From positions 164 to 64,163 of the forward strand of contig CADBQG010000018.1 in the NCBI GenBank assembly GCA_902796805.1: a DNA stretch of 64,000 nt, in the 5' to 3' direction. The notes under the pieces are model-generated. The model ran no database searches, was not told where the DNA came from, and was given only the letters and a program-made list of their open reading frames with translations. Shown here piece after piece: positions 45,636 to 55,104 of this stretch. Within the stretch, counting starts at the first letter, position 1. Every line of letters starts with the position of its first letter. Both the position numbers and the translations under genes were made by a program. This DNA comes from an uncultured Bacteroidota bacterium. Its GTDB lineage: Bacteria > Bacteroidota > Bacteroidia > Bacteroidales > WCHB1-69.

Positions 45636-47087
45636 TTATCTTACAGTTGTGTTTTCCTGTATCCAGCAGCCTACCTTGTACGAAGCGCCGGTCTTGAGTC
45701 CGCGTTTGAAGATTTCGTCTTTGCTCGGGAAGCTGAGTCTTGAGCGTTTGCTGTTGGCCTCGTTTGCGCAGCTTGGGTCAACAGAAGCGGCCTTGGCGTA
45801 TTTGTCGGCGGCTGCCCAGTAATACGCTCCAGGAATCTGTTCGTCAGAGCATCTTCCGCCCGAATTGGCGTAGAGGTCGCCGATAAGAATGTAGGCCTTG
45901 CCCATGTTCGGCTTCGACTTGAGGGCGTCGTAGGCTGCGGAACGCGCCTCGGAGAAAGAACCCTTCATGCGGTATGCAAGCGCCAGCATGTAGTTTGACT
46001 CGGCCCTCTGTTCGTGAGTCTCGCTCAAGTCAACAGACTCCTTGAGGTAGTTGACGGTTTTTGTGAAGTCGTCGTTGCTCTGTGAGTTTATGTAGTTCTG
46101 GAACATGAGGTTACCCATGATGAAAGCTGAATTTCTGCTTGGGCTTGCCTGGTGAAGTATCGCCAGAGCCTCCTGGAATACGGGACTGCCGGTACAACCT
46201 CCCTTGTACATGGTGTTCACCATCTTGCTTACTGATGAAAGATTGCCTTTTATCTCGTCGAATTTCTTCTCGTAGAGAGCCTGCATCACATCACAGGACG
46301 CGTAAGGGGTTACCGATTTTTCGATCTTTGACAAGGTTTTGCGGTAGTTGGAAATCAGTTTAGACTGGCGTGCGGAGTCCTGAGAAAGGCGCTTCTCTAA
46401 CCTGTCGTAGTTCATGCGGTCGATGGCACCGCTCTCAAACTGCTTTTGCAGTGTGTCAAGCTCGTCAACATCCTTCTCATAGGCTTTTGTGGCGTTCAAT
46501 ATCGAAAGGTCTATGTAGTCGGTGGCGCGCTCGTAGGCCTCGATCACTATCGATGTGTCGCGCTGTGCCTTGGTCTTGTTCTCGGCAAGCTGGAAGTAGG
46601 TGTCCCAAACCGCCGGCTGTGTGTTCTCCTTTTCCATCTCCACCGACTGAACGAACCACTCGTAGGCCTTTTCGTACTGGCTTCTTCTATATCTCATGGT
46701 GTTGTAGGCCTTGAGACCGAGTCCCGAGCCCGGTGTGAACTTGTCCGGGAAGAAGTCGCTTCTTGAATCGAAAGTGTAGAAGAGCGAATCGATGAGCAGT
46801 TCGCGGCGCGCCGAGTCTTTTTCGTCTTTGATGAGGTTCTGGAAAAGGGTTTGTGCGTTGGTGTAGATACCGTCCCATGAGCACGGGCAGTTCTGAATTA
46901 CATACTGCCAGGCCTCGTAGGCGTCCACGTAGTTTTTGGAGTTGTAGAAAGTCCTGAAGTTTGTGATTTGCTCCAGACATTTCAGCGAGTCGGCCTCGTT
47001 TGCCCCGTATTTGAAGGAGCATGGCTTCTGCGCGAAGGCAATGCCGCTCATTAAAACAACTGTTGCGATAGCGATTAACTTTTTCAT
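45636..47087 (-). CDS. secreted TPR-like helical-repeat protein
   Basis: 483 aa. Signal peptide MKKLIAIATVVLMSGIAFAQ. Helical repeat composition. 3-nt gap to lptC. Confidence 0.8.
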   Translation of the reverse strand: MKKLIAIATVVLMSGIAFAQKPCSFKYGANEADSLKCLEQITNFRTFYNSKNYVDAYEAWQYVIQNCPCSWDGIYTNAQTLFQNLIKDEKDSARRELLIDSLFYTFDSRSDFFPDKFTPGSGLGLKAYNTMRYRRSQYEKAYEWFVQSVEMEKENTQPAVWDTYFQLAENKTKAQRDTSIVIEAYERATDYIDLSILNATKAYEKDVDELDTLQKQFESGAIDRMNYDRLEKRLSQDSARQSKLISNYRKTLSKIEKSVTPYASCDVMQALYEKKFDEIKGNLSSVSKMVNTMYKGGCTGSPVFQEALAILHQASPSRNSAFIMGNLMFQNYINSQSNDDFTKTVNYLKESVDLSETHEQRAESNYMLALAYRMKGSFSEARSAAYDALKSKPNMGKAYILIGDLYANSGGRCSDEQIPGAYYWAAADKYAKAASVDPSCANEANSKRSRLSFPSKDEIFKRGLKTGASYKVGCWIQENTTVR

Positions 47088-47127
47088 TTTTTCGTCTTTT
47101 ATGGATTTATTCTAATTGTCTGTTTTT

Positions 47128-48405
47128 CTAATCTAACTTTACTCTTTGGTACCAGCGTTCCTGCAAGGTGAAGCATAAGGAGACTTTGAAGTAGTTCTGG
47201 AGTACAAGGTTGCTCGCCAGGGTTCCGGTTTTCCCGTATTCCAACATCAGGTTTATCGACGAGTGAGTGTTGAACGTGTTCAGCGGGATACCTACGCCGA
47301 TACAGACTCCCAATTCGGTGATTGGTTTATTCCTGATTTGAAGTTCTCCTGTGGAATATTTTCCGCCGGCGCGGAACGCCATTCTCCTGAAGAACTTGGT
47401 AGAAAGCGGGTTGGGGATGTATTGTATTCCCACCGAGGCTGTCAGGGAGTTTTTCAGCGAGTCGGCCTGTTTCATGAACCTGTAGTTTTTCCAGTCCTGC
47501 CATGTGACGTCGGCGGCAACCGTCATCTTGTCGTCGTATGTGTAGCTCACGCCCGCCCCAACGGACTGCGGGATTTTAAGCGAGCCTCTGAGGTCGTCGC
47601 GGTACAGGATGGTGTCGTAGGTGGTGGTGGAAACGAAGCCGCCTGAATAGGAGTTGATCATCAGCTGCTCCTTGGCCCAGATGTATGCGGTGTTGCCGTA
47701 TGTGAGGCCGAGCCCGACCCTGTTTTTCTCCCCGATGTTGAAGAAATACTGGATGCCGCCCGTGAGATATATTCCGTTGACCTTGTATATGTCGTTGATG
47801 AAGGTGTTCAGCAGGTTGTTTCCCTCGAATTCGGTGTTGCTGCCGGCGTATATGGTTCCGAACATATAATCCGCGTTCAAGCCTATGGAGAGCCCCTTGC
47901 ATATCTTGAAAGCGTTGCCCCAGTAGAGCCTGTTCACCCCGCCGGTACCTGAATAGATGTAGTCCACTTTCCCCACATTCTCGATGTGCGATGAGGACTC
48001 TATTGTGTAACCCACCGAGCTGAACGGCGTGATTCCGAGGCTTGTGCGCCAATGCCTTGTAACCGGCAGACCTATGGCAAGATACCCCGGCTTTGCGTAT
48101 GTGTTGCGTTGTGTTGTGCCGTTCTGCTGCATTCTTGAAGAATACAGGGAGGCTCCGGCGTCGGCCACGAACGACAGCGAGTCGAAGGCGGCGTAGGATG
48201 CAGGGTTCCTGAAATTGATGTAGTACGGGTTCTGCATGGCATACGACACACCGCCCATCGCGTCAAGGATGCCGTTGGATGAACGGTTTACAATGCCGAT
48301 CCCATAACTCGAATATGGGGATACCGGCTCGTTTTGCGCTTTCACATGAAGTAGGCACAAAAGCATGAATGCGGCCGCAAGAATCGTATTTTTAATATGG
48401 TACAT
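47128..48405 (-). CDS. putative outer-membrane beta-barrel protein
   Basis: Start set at MYHIKNTILAAAFMLLCLLHVKAQ (signal peptide). Alternating aromatic/Gly beta-strand pattern throughout (SPYSSYGIGIV, GGVSYAMQNPYYINFRNPASYA). No named family recognised. Confidence 0.7.
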   Translation of the reverse strand: MYHIKNTILAAAFMLLCLLHVKAQNEPVSPYSSYGIGIVNRSSNGILDAMGGVSYAMQNPYYINFRNPASYAAFDSLSFVADAGASLYSSRMQQNGTTQRNTYAKPGYLAIGLPVTRHWRTSLGITPFSSVGYTIESSSHIENVGKVDYIYSGTGGVNRLYWGNAFKICKGLSIGLNADYMFGTIYAGSNTEFEGNNLLNTFINDIYKVNGIYLTGGIQYFFNIGEKNRVGLGLTYGNTAYIWAKEQLMINSYSGGFVSTTTYDTILYRDDLRGSLKIPQSVGAGVSYTYDDKMTVAADVTWQDWKNYRFMKQADSLKNSLTASVGIQYIPNPLSTKFFRRMAFRAGGKYSTGELQIRNKPITELGVCIGVGIPLNTFNTHSSINLMLEYGKTGTLASNLVLQNYFKVSLCFTLQERWYQRVKLD

Positions 48406-49120
48406 TAAGAAGCAAAATTTTATGCAATCCGAGCAGAGCCGGATTTTGGGCTGCAAAGATAGTTTTTTTTATGTAATTATGAAAGAACTCCGAATCCCCC
48501 CCTGACAAAATAACCTTCAGGCCGCTGTATTTTTTTGAGTATTCACCCACAAATCCTTCAATTTCATAAACCATGCCGTTGATTACGCCCGACAAGATGG
48601 ATTTTTTTGTGGAATCACCGGACAGGAAGTCGGTTTTTTCCGGTTTCACAAGCGGGAGTCGGGCCGTGAAGTGCTGCAGTGCGCTGAAGCGCATGTTCAG
48701 GCCCGGCGAGATGCTTCCGCCAAGATATTCGTTCTTCGAGTTCACGAAGTCGGCCACAAGGCAGGTGCCTGCCATGATTGACAGCACGTTTTGGCCCGGA
48801 AACAGCGCGTTGGCGCCCACAGCGTTGGCAATCCTGTCGGAGCCGAGAGTCTCTGACGTGGAATACTTCACGGCTATCGGGAGTTTGCACTCCGGCGTCA
48901 GCGCAACAGCATTCGTGTTGCGGGCCAGCCAGTCGGCGACATTGCTGCTGACGCCCGCGACCGACGACATTATGGCCCTTTTTATACCAAATTCATCGAA
49001 CACGGCCTCCAAGTCGGAAATGCCTATCTCTTTCTGCCGCAGGAGTGCCACCATCTGGCTGTCTTCGGTGAAAACCGCGGCCTTCTGCAAAGTGTTCCCT
49101 ATGTCTAAAACCAGGTCCAT
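48392..49120 (-). CDS. coaX: type III pantothenate kinase
   Basis: 242 aa. MDLVLDIGNT. ASKHA-fold pattern (GSDRIANAVGA, LSGGDSEFF). Confidence 0.92.
   Translation of the reverse strand: MDLVLDIGNTLQKAAVFTEDSQMVALLRQKEIGISDLEAVFDEFGIKRAIMSSVAGVSSNVADWLARNTNAVALTPECKLPIAVKYSTSETLGSDRIANAVGANALFPGQNVLSIMAGTCLVADFVNSKNEYLGGSISPGLNMRFSALQHFTARLPLVKPEKTDFLSGDSTKKSILSGVINGMVYEIEGFVGEYSKKYSGLKVILSGGDSEFFHNYIKKTIFAAQNPALLGLHKILLLNVPY
48454..48461 (-). promoter_or_regulatory. -7 promoter box TATCTTTG inside the coaX 3' end
   Basis: Exact TAnnTTTG 49 nt upstream of the ATG at 48405, inside the coaX coding sequence. Confidence 0.45.
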
Positions 49121-49132
49121 GTCAGGATGCCT

Positions 49133-50146
49133 CTACAGTCCTTTTTTCCGGTTGCGGAGAATGTCGATTGCAAGGTAGATGGCATTCCTCATGGGCTGGG
49201 TGTCGGCAACGTTCTTCCCGGCTATGTCGTAGGCGGTGCCGTGAGCCGGGGCGGTGCGCACCACCGGCAGTCCGGCGGTGAAGTTCACGCCGCCGCTGCC
49301 CGTCAGTTTGAAAGGAATCATTCCCTGGTCGTAGTACATGGCCAGCACGGCGTCGAATCTGGTGTGTGCGCCAGAGGCGAAGAAACCCTCGGCAGGGAAC
49401 GGGCCGAAAGCGTTTATGCCCTCGCCGAACGCCTGGGTTATCGCAGGCTTTATGCACTCGCCGTCCTCGCTGCCCAGCAGACCCTCGTCGCCGGAATGTG
49501 GGTTTAGCGACAACACCGCTATCGTGGGGTTTGAAAGCGCGAAGTCATGCTTCAGGGAGTCGTGGAGGATTTTGATTTTCTGAAAAACATTCTCGGTGGT
49601 TATAGCACCGGGAATGTCCCTGACAGGAATGTGGCCGGTGACAAAACCCATGCGCATCTCTTCAGATACCATGACGGTCATGGCTGGATGCTCCTTTCCT
49701 CCGAAGTAATGCTCGAAAAACTCAGTGTGCCCAGAAAACTTGAACTTGTCGGACTGTATGTTGCTCTTGTTTACAGGAGCCGTGACAATTGCATCTATCA
49801 GGTTGTTTTTCAAATCTTTGCCAGCAGCATAGAGAGAACGCTCCGACATCTGACCGGCAATCTTTGTGGAGGTTCCCAGATCCACCTTCACCTCCTCGTC
49901 GTACAAGTTTATGAGATTGGGGCGCTTTGTGGAAAGCTGTTCGGCGCTTTTGCTCAGTTGGAAAGAGAAGTCGGGCAGATCCAGCAGTTTCTTGTGATAC
50001 GACGCGACTTTTGACAATCCGTACACGACAGGAGTGCACATCTCCATTATTCTGTTGTCACACAACGATTTTATGATAACCTCGTATCCGACCCCGTTGA
50101 TGTCGCCTTGTGTTATCCCTATTGTGAAATTCTTGTTTTCAGACAT
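49133..50146 (-). CDS. pdxA: 4-hydroxythreonine-4-phosphate dehydrogenase
   Basis: 337 aa. ITQGDINGVGYEVI, LNPHSGDEGLLG, VRTAPAHGTAYDIAGK. Confidence 0.94.
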   Translation of the reverse strand: MSENKNFTIGITQGDINGVGYEVIIKSLCDNRIMEMCTPVVYGLSKVASYHKKLLDLPDFSFQLSKSAEQLSTKRPNLINLYDEEVKVDLGTSTKIAGQMSERSLYAAGKDLKNNLIDAIVTAPVNKSNIQSDKFKFSGHTEFFEHYFGGKEHPAMTVMVSEEMRMGFVTGHIPVRDIPGAITTENVFQKIKILHDSLKHDFALSNPTIAVLSLNPHSGDEGLLGSEDGECIKPAITQAFGEGINAFGPFPAEGFFASGAHTRFDAVLAMYYDQGMIPFKLTGSGGVNFTAGLPVVRTAPAHGTAYDIAGKNVADTQPMRNAIYLAIDILRNRKKGL

Positions 50147-50294
50147 TTTATATAAATTTATTTTTTTGTGAGAATGTTTTGACAGAATTTATGATGCAAT
50201 CAAGCTGCGAAGATAATAAAAACGAAAAATCCGCACCATCAGTGCTTTTTTTCAGTGTATGTGTGTTGTCAAGCGGGTGCATTGTCCTGTGGCG

Positions 50295-51104
50295 TCAGTA
50301 GATAAACGGAAAAACGCGCTTGAGCCGTTTTCTCTCCACCTCTTCAGGGAATTCCGACCGGTATCGTTTGTACAGAGAGTTCGCGCGTGGTACGAGATTG
50401 GCGAAAGTCCAGATGAAAAACACCAGTCCGGACATTGACCAGGTGAGGATTGCGAACCCCAGCCATTCCAGGAGTTCCCCGAAATAGTTCGCGCTTGTAA
50501 CATATTCAAACATGAAGCCTGAAGGAAGATAGTGTCCGGTATCCTCGTCGCTTTTCCGCAAATGGCGTATGATGTAGTCGGAGCGGAGATTTATGTAGAA
50601 GCCGGCTGCAAATATCAAGACGCCCACGATGAACTGCGGCGAGCAGAGCCATGCCGTGTCAGAATACGACAGTCCGTTGAAACTGTAGTTGCAGTTGTAA
50701 GACTCGAAAAATATCCAATAACCCTGCATCATGGCGTTGAGGATGTTGAAGGCAATCCCCATGAACATTATACCGAGTGGCATCTTGCTGTTTTTTCCTT
50801 TCATAATCCAAGGGAAGACTATCGAGCGCTGAAAGTAGTGGATTTCAAATATAAGGAGGAAGACCAGGGGTACTGTGTCGAAACGGTGTGGAGAAAGAAG
50901 CCAGATGACAAGCATGGCGGCGAAGATGGGGAATTCCATCAAAAACCATGCTAACTTGTTGTTAATGGCCTTTCCCCACTTGTTGGAGGTGAACATGCCG
51001 TATCCGGCATCTACGAAATACAACGCTACGAATACAATCACGGCGATGCCTATCATCACCCAGAGGTAGATATGGAAAACGTTGGTCAGGACTGCAGGGT
51101 TCAT
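50295..51104 (-). CDS. 3-oxo-5-alpha-steroid 4-dehydrogenase (steroid 5-alpha-reductase) family membrane protein
   Basis: 269 aa, polytopic. C-terminal family pattern LPSGFMFEYVTSANYFGELLEWLGFAILTW. Confidence 0.8.
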   Translation of the reverse strand: MNPAVLTNVFHIYLWVMIGIAVIVFVALYFVDAGYGMFTSNKWGKAINNKLAWFLMEFPIFAAMLVIWLLSPHRFDTVPLVFLLIFEIHYFQRSIVFPWIMKGKNSKMPLGIMFMGIAFNILNAMMQGYWIFFESYNCNYSFNGLSYSDTAWLCSPQFIVGVLIFAAGFYINLRSDYIIRHLRKSDEDTGHYLPSGFMFEYVTSANYFGELLEWLGFAILTWSMSGLVFFIWTFANLVPRANSLYKRYRSEFPEEVERKRLKRVFPFIY

Positions 51105-51121
51105 GATACGTGCGTTTCGGA

Positions 51122-52939
51122 TTACTGTGAAATTGTGAAGCTGAAAGGCAGCATGGCCTGCACGCCTTCGTTCTCGGTGGCCTTTTTCACTCCGTCATAG
51201 AGAAAGTGGAATTGGCCGAGCTCTTTTCTGACAGCCTCGTCCAAGGCATTGTCTTTCAAATTGAAGACCATCGAGAACCAGTCTTTCTGTTCGGGATAAT
51301 AGACTATGTCGTATTTTTCTGCCGCCGCGAGTTCTGCCGCCTTGGAAATGGCGTTGTCGATATTGCCAAGCTCGTCAACCAAGCCGAGTTGCAGGGCGTC
51401 GCTGCCGGCCCAAACCCTGCCTTGCCCAATGCTGTCCACAAACGATACCGTCAGTTTCCTGCCGTCGGCCACGCGCTTTGTGAAGAGTCCGTAAACTTCC
51501 TCCACGGAGTTCTGCATCATCTCGCGCTCCATGTCGTCCATGGGACGGAAAATGGTGCCGAAGTCGGAATGTTTGTTGGAGTTGACCTGGTCGATGGTGA
51601 CGCCGATTTTGTTTTTCAGGAATCTCTGCACCGAGGGAATCATGCCGAACACACCTATTGAACCTGTTATGGTGTTGGGTTGGGCGAAGATGTAGTCCGA
51701 ATTGCACGAGATGTAATATCCTCCCGAAGCCGCGTAGTCGCCCATGGAAGTTACCACTACTTTGCCGGCTTTCTTGGCCAGATCTATTTCGTGCCAGATG
51801 TTCTCTGATGCCAAAGCGCTGCCACCCGGGGAGTTGACACGCAGCACGATTGCCTTCACGTCCTTGTTCTTGTATGCTTTCCTGAAATTTTTTATGAAAG
51901 TTTCAGAATATATGGCGCGCTCGCTGGCTCCCTTGCCGTCGCTGATGCTGCCGTATGCGTAGACCACGGCAATCTTGTCGCCGCCGCCCGCCTTGGGAGC
52001 GAGGCTTTTTGCATATTTGGAGATCGAAACGTAGTTGGGCTTGTCATCGGAACCAAGGTTCATCTTCGACTTTATCGCGTTCTCGGCCTGGTCGGAGTAG
52101 GCGAGCATGTCAACAAGGTGAAGCTCGGAAGCCTTTTGCGCAGAGGAACACAGCAGGTTGTCGGCAATGTTGTTCAGTTGGTCTTTCGAGATGTTCCTTG
52201 CTTTCGAAACATCCTGAAGGAACACGTCCCAGAGGGAGTTCGCCAACATTGTCATCTGTTCGCGGTTTGCCTCGCTCATCTTGTCAAGGAAATATGGCTC
52301 CACGGCGCTCTTGAACTGGCCGTGACGAAGAATCTGCACGTCAATGTCCATCTTTTCAAGAAGGTTCTTGTAGAACATGACTTGGAACGACAGGCCTTTC
52401 AAAGACAAGTCTCCTGCAGGATTCAGGAAAATCTTGTCGGCGGCCGTGGCCAGATAGTAGGCGTTCTGGGTGTAAACGTCGCTGTAGGCGTACACAAATT
52501 TTCCCGACTTCTTGAACTGCATCACCGCGTCGCGTATGGCCTTGGTGGTGGCAGGAGAGGCTGCCACAGTGCTGGATTTCAAATAGATGCCTTTGATTTT
52601 CGGGTCGCTTGCCGCCGACTTTATCGAGGCGAGAATCTTGTCTAATCCTAACGTCTGCTGCGAATATTCGCCGAAATCGAAGGGAATTTCCACGGCACGC
52701 TCCTCAATCGGCGCTGAAAGGTCCACCAAAAGCACGCTGTTGTCATTTATAGTTGTCGAGGTGCTGGTTGCCGATGAGGCCATCTTCTGGAAAGTGGCTA
52801 TCGTTGAAATCATCATCACGATTCCAAGGATGAAGACAATGATGTTGGAGAGCACGAAGCCTACCATAGAGCCCAGCACGACCCTCCAGAATTTGCGGGA
52901 ACGGGTCTCCGGCTTGTAATTTTCATTTGTGTTGTTCAT
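51122..52939 (-). CDS. sppA: signal peptide peptidase SppA, 67K type
   Basis: 605 aa. N-terminal TM. Two tandem ClpP/crotonase-like halves (VNSPGGSALASE, GDYAASGGYYI). Confidence 0.92.
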   Translation of the reverse strand: MNNTNENYKPETRSRKFWRVVLGSMVGFVLSNIIVFILGIVMMISTIATFQKMASSATSTSTTINDNSVLLVDLSAPIEERAVEIPFDFGEYSQQTLGLDKILASIKSAASDPKIKGIYLKSSTVAASPATTKAIRDAVMQFKKSGKFVYAYSDVYTQNAYYLATAADKIFLNPAGDLSLKGLSFQVMFYKNLLEKMDIDVQILRHGQFKSAVEPYFLDKMSEANREQMTMLANSLWDVFLQDVSKARNISKDQLNNIADNLLCSSAQKASELHLVDMLAYSDQAENAIKSKMNLGSDDKPNYVSISKYAKSLAPKAGGGDKIAVVYAYGSISDGKGASERAIYSETFIKNFRKAYKNKDVKAIVLRVNSPGGSALASENIWHEIDLAKKAGKVVVTSMGDYAASGGYYISCNSDYIFAQPNTITGSIGVFGMIPSVQRFLKNKIGVTIDQVNSNKHSDFGTIFRPMDDMEREMMQNSVEEVYGLFTKRVADGRKLTVSFVDSIGQGRVWAGSDALQLGLVDELGNIDNAISKAAELAAAEKYDIVYYPEQKDWFSMVFNLKDNALDEAVRKELGQFHFLYDGVKKATENEGVQAMLPFSFTISQ

Positions 52940-52954
52940 ATTTCAAGTGTTTGA

Positions 52955-54235
52955 TTATCTGAAGAAATGCCGCCGTTCACTGTTGCATCCGGCAGTCATG
53001 AAGGTTATGTATTCGAGGAAAATGTCGGTCTTGTCGGAGGAAAAGTCAAGATTGAAGGTCTTGGCCAAGATTGAAATTTGCTCCAAGTTATTGTATTCCA
53101 ACTTATTGGTGTTTTGAGCCTCAAAATCGTGTGGCACTTTCGACGTGTCGGTGTATGTTCCGGAGAGCTCATCGGGAAGGTTTGCGGGAAGAATCACACT
53201 GTAGTCGGTTGCGTTCTCAGGAAGAAAAGCCGTGTGTAAAACACAAAATTCACTTTTTTTAACTTGGTTCAATATTTCATTGTCGAGTTCACTGTTAGCA
53301 GCGTTCCATAGCAGAACATTCTTGAACCTGCACTCTTGCAGATCCGCCGCCACATTCACCGGCTCGGCGCAGACCGCTGTGCCATAGATTTCCTCCATCT
53401 TCCTTGAGGTCGTGCCGTTTACACTTTCGCCGCCCGGAGCCACGTGCGAAAAGCAGCCCATGTCGAACAAACCCTGGCTGTTGACCTCCCCTTTGATGGT
53501 TATGAAACCCGCCGACGGTTTCGATTGTATCTCCGTCAACATGCACAGATTCTCCACTTCCTGATACGCCTCGGCCGTCAACAAACGCTCCCAAATGATG
53601 AAAACAGGATGTGACTTACTCATCAATAGTTTTGTAAATTCTTGAATATCACTTTCTTGCAGATTGTTTTTATCAAGCAGATTCTGTAAATCTTCTTTTA
53701 GAATTCCCGACTTGTACTGTTCATAATTCTTTCCTAACCCTTCTACATATATTCCTTTTTGCAGGTTATTCTGTATGATGTAAAGGTTTAAAGCCCTGAA
53801 AAAAGAATAGTAGTCGGACATTTTCAAGTTGTTGCCATCGTTGAACCAGTACTTAGGTGCAGATTCGCAGTGCGAGAGAACGTTTTTAACGTCTTGCAGT
53901 GTCCCTTCTGATGAATCCCGGTCGAAAATGCAGAAAAACTGATTCGCCTGGTAAAATTCAGCGAACGGGACAATGTCGTTTTTGTCGGCGAAGAACACTG
54001 TGCCGCGCCTGTAGTAGTCGAAGGCCGACAAAGCGTTGGTGTTCAGGGCGGTTCTTGAAAGTTTCTGGAGCATGTAGAGGACTTCGTTGGAGTAGTTTCC
54101 GCTGCACATGACCAAAGTTTCGTTGACCTTGCAGTCTTTCAGGTTCTCGTGCAAGAAAGAGAAGGCCTCGTCAAATGAGGTTTCGTTGAGGTTTCCGTCG
54201 ATGTTGATAAGAGGTTTTGAAAGTCGCTGTCCCAT
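52955..54235 (-). CDS. molybdopterin-oxidoreductase-fold protein, apparently cofactor-ligand-less (degenerate)
   Basis: 426 aa. CSGNYSNEVLYMLQKLSRTALNTNAL aligns by eye with the G.NE.NY..QK.AR...GTNN.D block of FdhF/NuoG-type enzymes, and KPSAGFITIKGEVNSQGLFDMG with the KPGAG..P.RG..NVQG..DMG block. No N-terminal Fe4S4 Cys motif, no Cys/Sec at the Mo-ligand position, no C-terminal MGD-binding domain. Confidence 0.6.
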   Translation of the reverse strand: MGQRLSKPLINIDGNLNETSFDEAFSFLHENLKDCKVNETLVMCSGNYSNEVLYMLQKLSRTALNTNALSAFDYYRRGTVFFADKNDIVPFAEFYQANQFFCIFDRDSSEGTLQDVKNVLSHCESAPKYWFNDGNNLKMSDYYSFFRALNLYIIQNNLQKGIYVEGLGKNYEQYKSGILKEDLQNLLDKNNLQESDIQEFTKLLMSKSHPVFIIWERLLTAEAYQEVENLCMLTEIQSKPSAGFITIKGEVNSQGLFDMGCFSHVAPGGESVNGTTSRKMEEIYGTAVCAEPVNVAADLQECRFKNVLLWNAANSELDNEILNQVKKSEFCVLHTAFLPENATDYSVILPANLPDELSGTYTDTSKVPHDFEAQNTNKLEYNNLEQISILAKTFNLDFSSDKTDIFLEYITFMTAGCNSERRHFFR

Positions 54236-54239
54236 GTTG

Positions 54240-54983
54240 TCAGTTCTGTGTTAGCGCGTGGAAAAGGAGTTCCATGCTTGAGGAGTCGAGTTCGTTGCCG
54301 GTCTTGAGGCCCGCCTTTTCGGCGAGAAGATGGAGGTCTTTGGTGAGGGTGTCAGCCACAAGAACGCCGTTGTTTATGATTATCACGTGGTCGCACATCG
54401 CGCTGACCTCCTGCATTATGTGTGTTGAGAGCAGTACGGTCTTGTTTTTGCCGTATGACTTTATAAGTTCGCGTATTTCAATGAGTTGGTTTGGGTCAAG
54501 GCCGGTTGTCGGCTCGTCGAGGATAAGGACTTCGGGGTCGTGGATAAGAGCTTGGGCAATGCCCACTCGTTGCTTGTAGCCTCTCGAAAGTGCTCCTATT
54601 TTCTTGTGTTGCTCGGGCTGAAGTCCGGTGCGCTCAATTATTTCATCAACAGCCTGTTTCTTGTCCTTTATCTTGTAAACGCCCGCCACGAATCCAAGGA
54701 ATTCACGCACGTACATGTCGTAGTAGAGCGGGTTTGCCTCGGAGAGGTATCCGATTATCTGGTGAAGTTTCTGCGGGTCCTTCCAGATGTCTGTCCCGCA
54801 GACCGAGACATCGCCCTCGGTGGGGGGGATAAGGCAGGTTATGATTTTCATCATGGTGGTTTTCCCGGCGCCGTTAGGCCCCAGAAATCCGACAATTTCC
54901 CCTTTCTTCGCCTCAAAGCTCACGTTGTTGAGGGCGTATTGTTTGCCAAATACCTTGGTTACATTGTTGACGATGATTGACAT
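54240..54983 (-). CDS. ABC transporter ATP-binding protein, ABC-2/GldA-like, no permease gene adjacent
   Basis: 247 aa. Walker A GPNGAGKTT, signature LSRGYKQRVGIAQAL, Walker B VLILDEPTTGLD. IGYLSEANPLYYDMYVREFL resembles GldA as I recall it. Confidence 0.88.
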   Translation of the reverse strand: MSIIVNNVTKVFGKQYALNNVSFEAKKGEIVGFLGPNGAGKTTMMKIITCLIPPTEGDVSVCGTDIWKDPQKLHQIIGYLSEANPLYYDMYVREFLGFVAGVYKIKDKKQAVDEIIERTGLQPEQHKKIGALSRGYKQRVGIAQALIHDPEVLILDEPTTGLDPNQLIEIRELIKSYGKNKTVLLSTHIMQEVSAMCDHVIIINNGVLVADTLTKDLHLLAEKAGLKTGNELDSSSMELLFHALTQN

Positions 54984-55006
54984 ATAATGCCGATTTAAAA
55001 ATTATG

Positions 55007-55014
55007 CAAATGTA
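55007..55014 (-). promoter_or_regulatory. -7 promoter box TACATTTG (ABC ATPase operon)
   Basis: Exact TAnnTTTG 24 nt upstream of the ATG at 54983. Confidence 0.55.
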
Positions 55015-55104
55015 CATAATTTTTTGTTATAGAAACGAAAAATCCTGTTGTCGATGCAAAAAGTGATGATTAGTATAAAGAACTCAGAACTCAGTTCTCA
55101 ATTC

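Noticed and set aside
54822-54828. G7/C7 homopolymer inside the ABC ATPase gene (and a C6 run right after the GT2 start at 32729-32734) as slipped-strand phase-variation switches
   Set aside because: The tracts are short, they encode ordinary Pro-Pro in conserved contexts, and there is no evidence of frame ambiguity.
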